Positions 1-13,451 of a stretch of 64,000 nt of DNA are shown piece by piece; within the stretch, counting starts at the first letter, position 1, and each line of letters opens with the position of its first letter. Source of the stretch: Trichoplax adhaerens (taxonomy: Eukaryota > Animalia > Placozoa); contig NW_002060958.1 in assembly GCF_000150275.1 (NCBI RefSeq), forward strand, positions 1,030,929 through 1,094,928. The letters run 5' to 3'. The notes under the pieces were generated by a model. It worked only from the letters and a program-made list of their open reading frames with translations, was not told the origin of the DNA and did no database searches. A program made the position numbers and the translations under genes.

Positions 1-105
1 TTTCTATGCGCTACTATAGAACTTTCTCTATAGTAAATTATTTGTAATAACCTGATAATAATAATTGTGGCAAAAAGTTAATAATTATATCTTTAATGTC
101 TACAG

Positions 106-1620
106 GTTTTACAAAATTTTGAAGCTTGTGATACATATATATATCATATTAAGCGTATTTTGGAAGCGGTTTCTAAGTACTGCTATGAGTAAGTAACTCT
201 TGGTTATAAATGATATCTTTAAGTGATCTATCGTCGACCTAAAAAAAACAGTATTTACGCAGGACGACTGACGATTATCGAGTAATGATATTGGCTGACA
301 AGTTATATCTTTGGATGATACGTTAATAATTATTATAGACTAATACGACGAATTTGTTTAAACGTTATATTTGTTATACATGCATTGTACTACCTATCGG
401 GAGTTGCAGTAACGCTTGCGGCTAGATAAATTCAGTCATGCTTGATGTATAACATAGCATAAGTAGTCTCATTGTTTGTGCTTACCCATAATTAAGCATG
501 CTATATTTTTAAATATCTGTTTTGCTATATGGTTATTCAGTAACGTGATATTCCAAATTGTTCATTTAGGCAGCTAACAAGTGTTGGCGTAAAGTGTATA
601 CAATCAACTGGTGGATTTTATATGCTACCTGATTTTGAGGTGAGTGGTGGTGTTCTTTGACTTGAAGCCTAAGGATCGCAGAGTAGTTGAATCAACTATA
701 TAATGAAGCATACATAGCAAGATTTATGCGTTCTCGTTACGTTTATCTATTTAAATAACATCTACACAAGCATTTTATAGATGTAAGGTGTGTATAACAT
801 TTAGTGCTGTATAATATACGCATTTAGGTAATCAGACCAGGCTTGGAGAAAAATAATATCACGACTTGCCAAGAAATGTGTGAGGACTTGTTTCAAAAGC
901 GTTCCGTTGTGGTAAGTGATATCGACAATTCTAAATTATTGTTATTGACGATATATAAAGTACATAAAGTACGCACTGTAGGCTATTTATTGTAATATCC
1001 AGTTGACAAAATTTAGCGTTATGTCAGCAGATTATTGCGCAATATTACTTCTCTTGTGATTTGATGTAAAAATATTATGTCATACGTAGCAAATTATAAT
1101 TTAGTGCTACGTTTTACAGTAGCAGAAGGCGAACAACTAAGATTTCATTGTCATATCTTTTCGATCGATTCCTATGCAATGCATGGTAATGATAGAGACC
1201 TCACCTTTCTCTTATTAGGTTATGGCTGGCGGACCAGCGTTTCTTCGCCCCTTGAAAGAGCTCACTGTCCGTTTGTGTTACATAGACTTTGACGGTAGGT
1301 ATCCATTTTGCTATCTACTTAAATTGATAGCGTTTAAAATGCTCAGTAATTACCAACAATAAAATAAAACAATATCTGGCTGATAATCTATTGATAGGTA
1401 CATTAGCTCTAAATGAAAGTATCAATATTGGACCTGATAAGCCACTCACTCGTGAATTTGTAGAACAGTTTTGCAGCCATCAAGCAGAAGGAATAAAGGT
1501 TCCATAATTTCATTAATGTGACAAAGATATTATTCAAACTGAAAATTGATATTCAATTTACATACATATTTTTTTGTGGAAAAATAGGCCATTGTGGATT
1601 GGGTCAAGAGCTATTTGTAA
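106..1620 (+). CDS. 3' portion of a class I/II PLP-dependent aminotransferase (aspartate aminotransferase-like); 5' end lies outside the window
   Basis: Manual splicing of GT-AG exons at about 106-188, 570-639, 828-911, 1219-1294, 1399-1498 and 1589-1620 gives an open frame: VLQNFEACDTYIYHIKRILEAVSKYCYEQLTSVGVKCIQSTGGFYMLPDFEVIRPGL...VMAGGPAFLRPLKELTVRLCYIDFDG...AIVDWVKSYL*. The GGFY and VRLCY motifs are typical of the aminotransferase C-terminal small domain. Confidence 0.8.
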
Positions 1621-2737
1621 TGGATGTTATCAGTGGAAATCCCTAATATAGCAATATGTTATTTATGTGAGCGTAAAATAATTTTCCTCTTATGCTGTCA
1701 TGCTGAAATATGCCTATAGATTGTAATGGGATTAGTCCATGTCCATCAATCATTCATCTTATTGGATGATGCTATTTTATTTCTTCTTCGTAAGGCAAAA
1801 TATCATTTTAATAATGATTATTACGACCGTCAATCCAACTTGTGTAGTATTTTTGTTAAATAACTTTTTGATACTCATGTATCAATTTATGACGTATCAT
1901 TAAGTTTTAAATATTGTGATTTTATCAATTAAATACCAAAGCAATCTTGCATGTGTATAATTTGTTGGATTTAATTTATATTGAGTTATGATATAATATA
2001 TAATAAAATGCCAAATAGCTTTATTGTCTTGGTCTATCTCGTAGACTATAGAATGGCTTCCTTTGTGTAGATTTGGTCATGACGTAGAATGATGAGATGG
2101 GAGCAGAAGACTATCATAGCTAGCGTCAGTATCCTTATACCATCAAGCTATACTGTAGCTGTTTATTTTATCAAACACTGTGAATAGTTGGGAAATAGTC
2201 TATTTCAGTTTTTTATTCAGACTATATACTAAGAAAGGGGTATTCCTCTCTCTACTGTACATACTCTATGCTACATTTTATTGCTAGTGCTTCTAATACA
2301 GCAGTACTATATCCATCCTTTCTGTATCAGGTAAGTAGAGATGGTGATATCGTCTTTATGAACGATTTGCAATATGGGGGTAGACTTTAATTATTGTAAA
2401 CTCTCTCATTATACTAGACTATAAATACTGTACAGTATGGAAACAGAAATCAACTGGACGACTATTGTACAATATGCAGTATGCTGTAAATGAATCCTAT
2501 TCCTTGATGCACGATAGTGGTACGTTTATAGTGTGCTGTACAGCACGTAATGCGGGTCATTGAATCGACGACTATGGAATGGTAATTCGTGAAAATGGAA
2601 ATTTTCATCATTTATCCTTGTTACTGGTGTCCATTGCCTATCAATGGTGCTACCAGTCCGGATAAAATGAGGCAAGAAAATGTCCATATTACTGAATTGA
2701 CGGTATTTAGTATGGTATTACACCGCTTAATGGATGT

Positions 2738-4915
2738 TGTATAAGATTGTGTCGATGGATTCATAATGAGTGTCGCCGTTTCTGTAGAAATTTGTCCCAC
2801 TTTGGTGTCAAGACTTTTGAGCAGCTTGAATCGCTATCAAGCCTAATGGTGAAAAAATTGTATCCAGGATTCCAGGGTATAAGATTGTGTAGATGAATTC
2901 ATAATAAGTGTCGTTTTTTCCCTAGAAATTTATCGCACTTTGGTGCCAAAACTTTTGAGCAGCTTAAATCGCTATCAAGCCTGATACCGAAAAATTGTAT
3001 CCAAGGTATAAGATTATTTATGTCATATAGATGGATTCATAATAAGTGTCGTTATTTCTGTCGAAATTTGTGGCACTTTGGTGCCAAGACTTTTGAGCAG
3101 CTAGAATCGCTATCAAGCCTGATGGCGAAAAATTGTATCCAGGATTTCAGGGTATAAGATTGTGTAGATGAATTTATAATAAGTGTCGTTGTTTCTGTAG
3201 AAATTTGTGGCAGTTTGGTGCCAAGACTTTTGAGCAGCTTGAATCGCTATCAAGCCTGGATGGCGAAAAATTGTATCCAAGGTTTATATAAGGTTATTCA
3301 TGTCATATCGATGGATTCATAATAAGTGTCGTTGTTTCTGTAGAAATTTGTCGTACTTTGGTGCCAAGACTTTTGAGCAGCTTGAATCGCTATCAAGCCT
3401 GGATGGCGAAAAATTGTATCTAGGGTATAAGATTGTGTAGATGAATTCATAATCAGTGTCGTTGTTTCTGTAGAAATTTGTCGTATTTTGGTGCCAAGAC
3501 TTTTGAGCAACTAGAATCGCTATCAAGCCTGATGGCGAAAAATTGTATCCAGGATTTCAGGGTATAAGATTGTGTAGATGAATTTATAATAAGTGTCGTT
3601 GTTTCTGTAGAAATTTGTCGCACTTTGGTGCCAAGACTTTTGAGCAGCTTGAATCGCTATCAAGCCTGGATGGCGAAAAATTGTATCTAGGGTGTAAGAT
3701 TGTGTAGATGAATTCATAATCAGTGTCGTTGTTTCTGTAGAAATTTGTCGTATTTTGGTGCCAAGACTTTTGAGCAGCTAGCATCGCTATCAAGCCTGAT
3801 GGCGAAAAATTGTATCCAGGATTTCAGGGTATAAGATTGTGTAGATGAATTTATAATAAGTGTCGTTGTTTCTGTAGAAATTTGTAGCACTTTGGTGCCA
3901 AGATTTTTGAGCAGCTTGAATCGCTGTCAAGCCTGGATGGCGAAAAATTGTATCCAAGGTTTATTTATATAAGATTATTCATGTCATATCGATGGATTCA
4001 TAATAAGTGTCGTTGTTTCTGTAGAAATTTGTCGTACTTTGGTGCCAAGACTTTTGAGCAGCTTGAATCGCTATCAAGCCTGGATGGCGAAAAATTGTAT
4101 CTAGGGTATAAGATTGTGTAGATGAATTCATAATCAGTGTCGTTGTTTCTGTAGAAATTTGTCGTATTTTGGTGCCAAGACTTTTGAGCAACTAGCATCG
4201 CTATCAAGCCTGATGGCGAAAAATTGTATCCAGGATTTCAGGGTATAAGATTGTGTAGATGAATTTATAATAAGTGTCGTTGTTTCTGTAGAAATTTGTC
4301 GCACTTTGGTGCCAAGACTTTTGAGCAGCTTGAATCGCTATCAAGCCTGGATGGCGAAAAATTGTATCTAGGGTGTAAGATTGTGTAGATGAATTCATAA
4401 TCAGTGTCGTTGTTTCTGTAGAAATTTGTCGTATTTTGGTGCCAAGACTTTTGAGCAGCTAGCATCGCTATCAAGCCTGATGGCGAAAAATTGTATCCAG
4501 GATTTCAGGGTATAAGATTGTGTAGATGAATTTATAATAAGTGTCGTTGTTTCTGTAGAAATTTGTAGCACTTTGGTGCCAAGATTTTTGAGCAGCTTGA
4601 ATCGCTGTCAAGCCTGGATGGCGAAAAATTGTATCCAAGGTTTATTTATATAAGATTATTCATGTCATATCGATGGATTCATAATAAGTGTCGTTGTTTC
4701 TGTAGAAATTTGTCGTACTTTGGTGCCAAGACTTTTGAGCAGCTTGAATCGCTGTCAAGCCTGGATGGCGAAAAATTGTATCTAGGGTATAAGATTGTGT
4801 AGATGAATTCATAATCAGTGTCGTTGTTTCTATAGAAATTTGTCGTATTTTGGTGCCAAGACTTTTGAGCAGCTTGAATCGCTATCAAGCCTGATGGCGA
4901 AAAATTGTATCCAGG
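2738..4915. repeat. Tandem satellite of about 16 units of 129-147 bp, with a 681-bp five-unit higher-order repeat
   Basis: Recurring core ...GTGTCGTTGTTTCTGTAGAAATTTGTCGCACTTTGGTGCCAAGACTTTTGAGCAGCTTGAATCGCTATCAAGCCTGATGGCGAAAAATTGTATCC; near-identical short ORFs recur 681 bp apart (3298/3979, 3317/3998/4679). Confidence 0.97.
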
Positions 4916-5135
4916 GTTTCAATTTGAGTAGCCGCTGCTGATACGGTCAGTCCGGTCCGGTCCGGCCCGTTTCTTTTTTTAGAGTATATACTGTAGTAGA
5001 GCAAGGTAGTCAATACTGCATATTGGGCTCTATCGTTATCACCAAACAAGAAAAAGAATAACAGAGTTTGGTATGGAATGCATTTGAGAAGCGCAGACAC
5101 AAAGAGAGCGTGAGGACACAGTGCAAAGCACTGGG

Positions 5136-5240
5136 CTACAGTGTACAGTACAGTAGTGTACTGTACTCAGTGTACAGTGTACAGTGTACAGTACTGAACA
5201 ACGTTACAGTGGCTAGTAGCGTACCGTACTGTACTGTGCT
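5136..5240. repeat. TACAG/TACTG/TACAGTG low-complexity tract upstream of SMARCC
   Basis: CTACAGTGTACAGTACAGTAGTGTACTGTACTCAGTGTACAGTGTACAGTGTACAGTACTG about 200-290 bp before the ATG. Confidence 0.8.
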
Positions 5241-5426
5241 ATCGTTACGTACATTACCCAAACACGATCTCACGGATAAGGATACACTATACGATTCTCC
5301 TAGCAAGATTGACGGTATCTTATCCACGCCAAACAGCCATTCTGGTGTCTTTATACGCCTGCGCAGTCAGCACAGTAATACCCAATTCCGTTGCCGTTGT
5401 CCACTAGGGATAAAATCGCTACAAAA

Positions 5427-8400
5427 ATGGCGGCAAGAAAGAAAGACGGTGGACCTGATCCAAAATATTTCGAATGGGGCGATACTCTGGCTAAATATGA
5501 AGTATTACGAGAATGGCTAGCTAAAAATTACAAAAAGGTAAAGAGATGGATAGTTAAATTGATTTTCTACCTTGTCTATTGGCAGTCAACCATTCCTATA
5601 CATTACACGTGGTTGAATTTTACTGTCCACTACTCTGTGTACCTACTGTCTTGAGGAGACAAAAGGCTTGATACAATATTCATGGAGAAGGATGAGGACA
5701 GTCTTTTCCTTCTGCTATGATAAAGCTTATTTATGCAGTTGTAGAATGATGTAGAACAAGTGCTGTTTAATAAGAGCGAGGATAGAAGAGGAAAGATTAA
5801 CTTACAAGAAAGTACAATGTAGTCGATAGGTCAAGAGAGAGAGAGAGAGAGAGAGTCATCTTCAAGACAACAGGATGACTGTCGCTACTTTTCTACTGGA
5901 TGTTGTGCTGGCCAATTTGCATCTCTTTGCATGCTCTATTCACATGGATATCTAATCATCATTCATTCACATTTTAGTACTTGCAGAATGAATCAGTCAC
6001 CAATAAAACCTTGGCTACGTTAACCATGAACTTACTACAGTTCCAAGAGGTAAGAAAAATTGCAGTCATGGATTAGCCAAAGTAGAAAATGCAAAATCAT
6101 TCTCGATATCACCTATTGTCATGAATTTCACTCATGTTGTCATACTATTAGTATCCACTAGTGATGGTGATGCCATGCTAGGTTTCAACTCGATCATCTA
6201 TTACTGATGGTCATCAATGATTCTAAAGGAAGCAAGCAAGCTTGCTTAACGGTTTATTTTTCTACCCTTCAATGGATAGGATACTTTTGGTAAAGGATCC
6301 AATAATCCTCCGTTGCCTAAATTACCTGTAAGGGAGTATCATGCTAAATTCCACATCAAAGATTGATTGAACTCTATTAGCTTATGAGATTACCGTCGTT
6401 CAATATCGGAAGGATAACTCTTCACTTATACTATTGATCCAGTACTGTACAAAGTTGTTGCCACTACTCTGCTTTACTGACAATAATGAAGAAATACTAT
6501 TTTCTGAATGCGATATCATTTCCCTTCTAGATTAAGTTATTCTATAATTATACACCTGGCGGATCGTTATGCCACATCCTAGCGACAGCCTACAAATGGA
6601 AAGTTGAACAAGGATGGTATGTTCATTGGATATCATAGTACTGTTGGATTAATTTACAGGATGCAATTTCTAAAAGAAAGAAGAGTATTGTGTACACTGA
6701 TCCAGTCTCATGCTATCATCATCTTTACCCAGTTGAAACAATCCACTCTACTGTATTGAATAGTAAATCGAAACCAGCATGAGCAATGGCTACATTTTTA
6801 TAATTTATCTTCAATAAATAGGTTAGCAGTACTCGATACCATGGATCCTTTAATTATAATTGGCAAGCAGCATCAGTGATAAACTTGATTTATGAACAAT
6901 CCTAATCGCTCGTATAGATACGCGTATACACAATTTCATTGCAGTATAGATGTAGTAGTGTTTTAAATAGTATCTGCCGGGTAAACGGTAGAAGACAAAA
7001 TACAACTGTTGTCGCTTGCAATTTACTTTTCTCTATGTTGATCATCATTGCTGATGATGTGAAGTAAGATGAACATAAGACTGTAAAGAGGATTGTCGCT
7101 TCTTAATTAATTAAATCTTCAATAGCTTGATCATAATTCTGGTAATGGAGTAAGATTAACATAGATGTGGAAAGGTGATTGTCGCTTTAATAGAGTACTC
7201 TGTATTTTTAAACCATTTCTGTGAATGAGGCAAGATTAAGATAGATCTGCAATGCCTATGATCGCTTTCATGATTTTCAAACTAGCATCCATTATTATGA
7301 TGCAGTATTCAGTTATGCCCTGATTTCTATAGACGTTACATGTTATATATAGCTGTGTAAATAAACTCTTGCTATTACCAAAGGGTCATCATGTTTTCGT
7401 TCATATTGAATTTCAATATTGTTTTCTTGTGCGTGATGCAACCGAATCGACATAAGCAACAACGATAACATAGTATCCATGTTAATGTTATTGTATGTAC
7501 TCTCTCCTATCTCATGTAGGCGCCGATTTGATTTCCAATCACCCTCACGGGTTGACCGCAATGTCGAAATGTTTATCAATATACAGAAAATATTGTTACA
7601 GAACAAGTTGCTAACCTTTCCTTTGGTTTACATTGTTGATTCTGTCGATCAAAAATTAAGGGAAAAATTGATAGCCATTGTCAAAAAGTACCAGGTTATT
7701 AATAGAGTAGTAATCCAGAATGTATGATCAAATTTAATTGTGCAATAAATAATAGCAATGATGTAGTAGTCTTGTAGGTAAGTATTGAAAGATTGAAATA
7801 AATATTTTGAAACGAAACAGGCGCTGTTGCTTATATTGCTAATATCGCAATGTCTTCATGTTTTACATCATAACTTTATTATGCTTTTAACATAGGGATC
7901 TATTGTTGATCAAATAAACGTAGCCACACATGTGGTCTATCCACCTCCGCCTCCAATTCCTGATGGTAAGGGACTAAAATTAGATTTGCTTTATTTACAA
8001 GTAGATCAAACGTTGAGTGACTTGGTTCTAACGACAGGTAGCATAGATTCTGCATTTTTATTGCGTCATATATTAGTCATAATTTGTAATCATTATTAAA
8101 ACGTAAGTCAGGAGAGATTCGAATGTACATTATATATTGGATAATTTTAATGAAAGTATAAAAAGTAAAAATGTTATGTCCTTTTTATTGAACTATAAAC
8201 GTTTCCTTACTCAAGACGAATAAAAGCTTGCGTAATTCTTACAGCGGTTGAGTAAATGAACAGTAAGCTAATACATTAGTTCTAAGTGAATTAGTGCAGT
8301 GGACATAGCAAATATATCAACAAGCATCATTTAATTTCTATAGATTAATCAATAGTTTTTGTATTAATCAGGATACGTACTGCCATAAGCTGTTACTAAT

Positions 8401-11400
8401 ATTAGAAATAAAATATTTTACTACTATCACTGCTGTATATTTCTTGAGATAGAGTTAGGTGTAAATGTAACGAAGTTGAATCTATCTTGATTTGTTTGAA
8501 TGAACATTTTTGTCTCATCATGTAGAGGATTGGTTGAGACCTTTGCATAAAAGGAACAATTTAGTGTTAGTCCATTGGTGGTACTTTCCTGATAGGTAAG
8601 TTGGATAGAAATGAGGAAATTTAGCGATGCCTGACATAATTGGAAACTTGAGAAATCTCAGCGGCAAAAATTTGTTGTATTGTAGCTATGATACTTGGGT
8701 CCCTGAAAACGATATTGAAGAAGAACCGGAACCGCAGCCGCTTCATGTTGGGCAGTGGGAGGTAATAAAAGAAAATTTAGGAATATGATTTTGCGTAGTT
8801 TCTGGGTATACTCATTGATTTCTCTGCTTAAATATTAAGCTTTTGCAGTACCTTATTGATAATGTTGATTACTATGTAATTAATTTAGGTAAATAGTAGA
8901 TGGTTGACTGATTTGGATATCTTCCACGAATGGATGAATGAAGAAGATTATGAGATACAGGATGGAGAATCGGAAATTCAGCATTCTCCTGTAATATATT
9001 GTATTACTCTGTTACGAGCTTCAGTTACATGTATGGAAAGTAATCATTGTGTCGTTACTAATTTACTGATTTCGCTATAATTTCATAACAGGAATTAGAA
9101 GCAAATACTAAACGTAAAAGTGAAATGCGACGTGGTACGATACTTTATGTTTGTATCATTATATTTTTATCAATATTTAATATTTTTCGTTAATAATGGT
9201 AGGACGAGGACGTCGGCGAGGTGCTAGAAATGTCCCTATGGAGGTTATATGCATGCGAAATCATTCCTGTTACGTAATGAAACATATTCATGACTGCTGA
9301 CTCAATAATTATATTTATATGTAATTTATGACTAAATCTAAAGGTTACCGAAACGCCAAGTCTAACTATGACAGTACGAAAAAGAAAGAAGTCGCCTTCA
9401 CCTGAAAATGCCAAGAAAAAAAAGAAAATCAGGTCGGTTGTGACCCTGGCAGGGTATTAAAGCGTGTTTGCACGACATAGAAAGTAGATGCTAAAGGATA
9501 ACATACATATTAGTGGATTTATCGTTATGATTAACGGTAATCAGATTAAGAAATAACAGCAGAAGAGCAATCTGTTACAAAGTACTTCAGATTTAGAAAA
9601 TTAAAGATAAATTTATATTGCCTGTAATATTCGGTAGAAAGTAATTCTCAATTAATCTTATTTCTTTATAGTGTTATTACAGAAGATTTAACGAAAGACA
9701 TGGAAAATCCCCCTCCTGTTCCTAATGTAAGTCTTTAATTTAGTCTTTAAAATTTGTCTTTTTCTGTTAACGTTGCAATTTTTTATCGCAATTCTAGGTT
9801 AAGGAAGTTGCAATTCCGCCAGAAGGTTAGATAACAATTTAATTCCGTTATTGACACGAATAATATTATTAAACGGGTTGATTTATTGTACACTAACTAT
9901 ATGATAATTTACTTCTGAATGCTAACACGTAGCGTCGCGTGAAAGTGATTTTACCCCCAGTCGCAGCGGACAATTAACGGACATTGGCAGCGGTAATTAC
10001 TAGTTATAATTAACGAAACTACTAATTTTTACTGATAAATTTAATATTTACTACGTTACTTTCTAATATTTTAGTTGGTTCTGATAATGCATTGAATACG
10101 TCTAATATTGAAAGTACAGGTATGATTTTAGTAACGGATTCATTAGCGTCAAAATTTTTTGATTATTCATGATTTTTTTTGTGGTTTATATATATGTATC
10201 TAGATATAAAAGCCAAGCCTGCAACCAACGTTACTACAAGCACCACAGTAGTACGATCTTCATCTAAGGTTCTACCGAATTAATAACAATATACCTTTAT
10301 TAGCAGTAATATTTGCTTAAAAAAATTTTTCATTTTTAAAACAGCAGGGAGAAATTTGGCTTGATGGAGCTTTAGAACCGGTACAGCCTGGAGAGGACCT
10401 TCGTATAGAAGCTGTTGAACAAGCACACGTTATCGTAATACCGAGCTATTCGGCATGGTTTGATTATAATAGGTAAGTCTGTACGGACACTCTAGACCTA
10501 AAATAATTTGCAACTTGTTACGTTTTTTGTGAGCGATTAAGTTAAAATCATGATTTTTGAATTTTAGCGTTCATGCTATTGAGAAACGAGCCTTACCAGA
10601 ATTTTTTACTGGCCGAAATAAATCTAAGTCGCCTGAAATGTAATTAAGATGGATGATAGACCCTACCTATTCTTACAATCCTACTGTTAAATAAAATTGC
10701 GATAACAACCTTTTTAATATAACTTATCTAACTTTGTAGCTATTCAGCTTACCGAAATTTTATGGTTGATACATATCGTCTTAATCCTGGAGAATATTTA
10801 ACATGCACTGCATGCAGAAGGAATTTAGCCGGGGATGTTTGCGCTATTTTACGGTAATAGCTGATTGTAGTAGCGGTTAATAGTGGTAATGACAGTTTTA
10901 GTAATTGTTTCATGTGTTAATTCTGTTATTTGTATCTATTTCATAGTGTTCACGGTTTTCTGGAACAATGGGGACTAATTAATTACCAAGTCGACAGAGA
11001 ACTAAAGCCTAGCCCTATGGGACCACCATCTACCTCCCATTTTCATGTTCTAGCTGATACACCATCTGGCTTACAGCCTGTATTGCCTCCAAAGCCTGCA
11101 ACCGTATGCATAAAATTATATACTAACTAGCTTTTTACTCTTTACTAAATTTTCTCATTGCTTAATAAACCAATATTTGTAGAAAGCTGTTGATCAAATG
11201 ATAACCTTTAACAATAATACTACCAAAAGCGAAGGACAGGATAAAAGTGATAGTCTAACCAATTATGGGTAAGCATAATACAACCAATGCAGATATCACA
11301 TCCTTTTTTATAGTTAGATTAATTTGTTCGTATTCATATATATTTACTAATTAGCCTCAAGACTGATATATATGCAGCCAGTGCACAAAAAGTAAGTTAG

Positions 11401-13451
11401 ACTCTTATGGCATTGTACAATCTTAAGTGTAGCAATATATAGACATCTCCCAAAGTAATATGATCGCTTTCTCTTATTCATAGTCGAAAGCACTATCTCA
11501 TTTATCGCGAGACTGGACAGATCAGGAAACATTGCTTTTATTAGAGGTGATTATTACTCTACGTGTATTTTTATAGCATTAAATACTGATCTGTGCATTG
11601 TTTTCGCCTTCTACACTAGGGCCTAGAAATGTATAAAGATGACTGGAATAAGGTAGCCAACCATGTCGGAAGTCGAACTCATGATGAATGTATCTTACAT
11701 TTCTTGAGATTACCAATTGAAGATCCTTACTTGGATGAATCAGATTTGCAATTAGGTAGAGGATATACTGCATTTAAAAAATTCTATAGATAAATATAAA
11801 GGTTGTATTGTTTACGTTATTCTACTATATTGTGCATTCATGAACATTTAACCCAATGATTTGCAAATTATTTAGGTCCATTAATTAACCAACCTATACC
11901 TTTCAGCCGATCTGGTAATCCAATTATGTCAACAGTGGCTTTTCTTGCGGCTATTGTTGATCCTCGTGTTGCCAGTGCTGCTGCTAAAGCTGCAATAGGT
12001 AATCGTAAGGTTCTTAATTAAATATGTTTTATGACTACCTGTTAAATATGCATTTATTTTTAGAGGAATTTTCGAAAATGAAAGAAGATGGCGATAATGT
12101 TACTACAGTTGGTAATGGCGCTATGGACATAAGTAATGAACCTTCCGGTAATGACACGAGTGCGTTTTATGTCATGGCGAAATACTATGAAAATGGCAGT
12201 GTCGGAGTTTTGATATGATATTAATGATTTTTCTATTTATTGCGCAGGCTGCCACCGCCAAATAACAGTGAATACGACCTTGCGCAAGATCAAGCTAGAA
12301 CTGCTTCTTTGCGGCAGACTATTGTATCATCGGATAAATATTCCTTGTTGAATACTGTAAATACTGCTCAGTTATCCGCATTACCTGCCTCTATATCACC
12401 TCAAGTGCCAATTACTCGTCAGGGCGTTGTCGCAGCACAGATGCAGCAACAGGCAATGAACATGAGAAGTTTACCACAAACGAAGACTACTCTGTCAGCT
12501 TCCCATATTACACAACAGAAGATAGCTCCTTCTACACTAGCGTTTACTGCAGCATCACATAGCATCACTGAACCTAATGTAGCTTCGATTAGCTCTCACA
12601 ATAAGCAAAACACTGGCACTACCTTAGCTAGACCGTTAAATACCACTGTTGGTCAGAATCCGGTTAGAGCGGCTATTAGCCAGCAATCGTATAAAAACCC
12701 TCTGCCTTCAAGTCCTTTAAATCCAAATATTAGCTCTATCATTCAACCAGTTATTGCAGAAACAAACTCTATAATTTTATCTTACGGTATGTCAGGAAAG
12801 TCTTCTGATTCATTGTCGAAAGAAACAGCAGCAGCTTCCATTACCAGCAGCACAAATCAAATTTTACCAAGTATATTACGTGGTGAAAAGATTGTCAAAC
12901 CATCTACAACGAAGGCTAGTAATACTGTCACATCAGATACGTTTACGAGTAAGAGTGCTCCCGTGGCTGTAAAGCCGTTTGAAACGATTAGAAAGGAAAA
13001 TAATGAAGAAAATCAAGCGAACTTACAAGATAGTGATGCGAAAGATCTCCCCCAAATATCGACAGATGAAGACACTCAACCAACCATATGTTCACTAAGT
13101 GAGAAAGGCTTTGATCATGAGGAAAAGCAACCTGCATCATTGGAAACTGAAGCTATATTAGGCGTAGATAGTGAAGCGGATAATTCGAAGGAAATAGAGA
13201 ATGAAGAACCATTAAAATCGGATGAAGTAAAAGACGTTGATATGACAGAGGAAGCAATAGAAGCTATGGATGTCGATTCTGATACCGCTAAGAAAGACAC
13301 TCTGGCTGACAATGAAAATGTAGATGAAGTAATCAAGTCTTGTGATAATGACGATAGTGAATCGGCATTAGTTCCTCAGGATAGTGATCTTGCGAGTAAG
13401 ATAGAAACTGAACTTGGTGAAGTTATTGGCAATAGCGACGAAGAAATGTAA
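5427..13451 (+). CDS. SMARCC2: SWI/SNF complex subunit SMARCC (BAF155/BAF170/Moira/Swi3), multi-exon; 3' end uncertain
   Basis: Start [16 protein letters not shown]; [18 protein letters not shown]; chromo-like [16 protein letters not shown]; EWMNEEDYE; [32 protein letters not shown]...[14 protein letters not shown]; [54 protein letters not shown]; [39 protein letters not shown]. The terminal ORF 12240-13451 is assumed to be the last exon. Likely co-ortholog of SMARCC1 and SMARCC2. Confidence 0.93.
5834..5855. repeat. (AG)n microsatellite in SMARCC intron 1
   Basis: AGAGAGAGAGAGAGAGAGAGAG seen directly. Confidence 0.9.

Noticed and set aside
3298-4888. Repeated 64-70 aa ORFs, and a possible CRISPR-like array
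   Set aside because: The ORFs are by-products of the satellite. Units are whole-length repeats with no unique spacers, no cas genes are present, and the context is eukaryotic.
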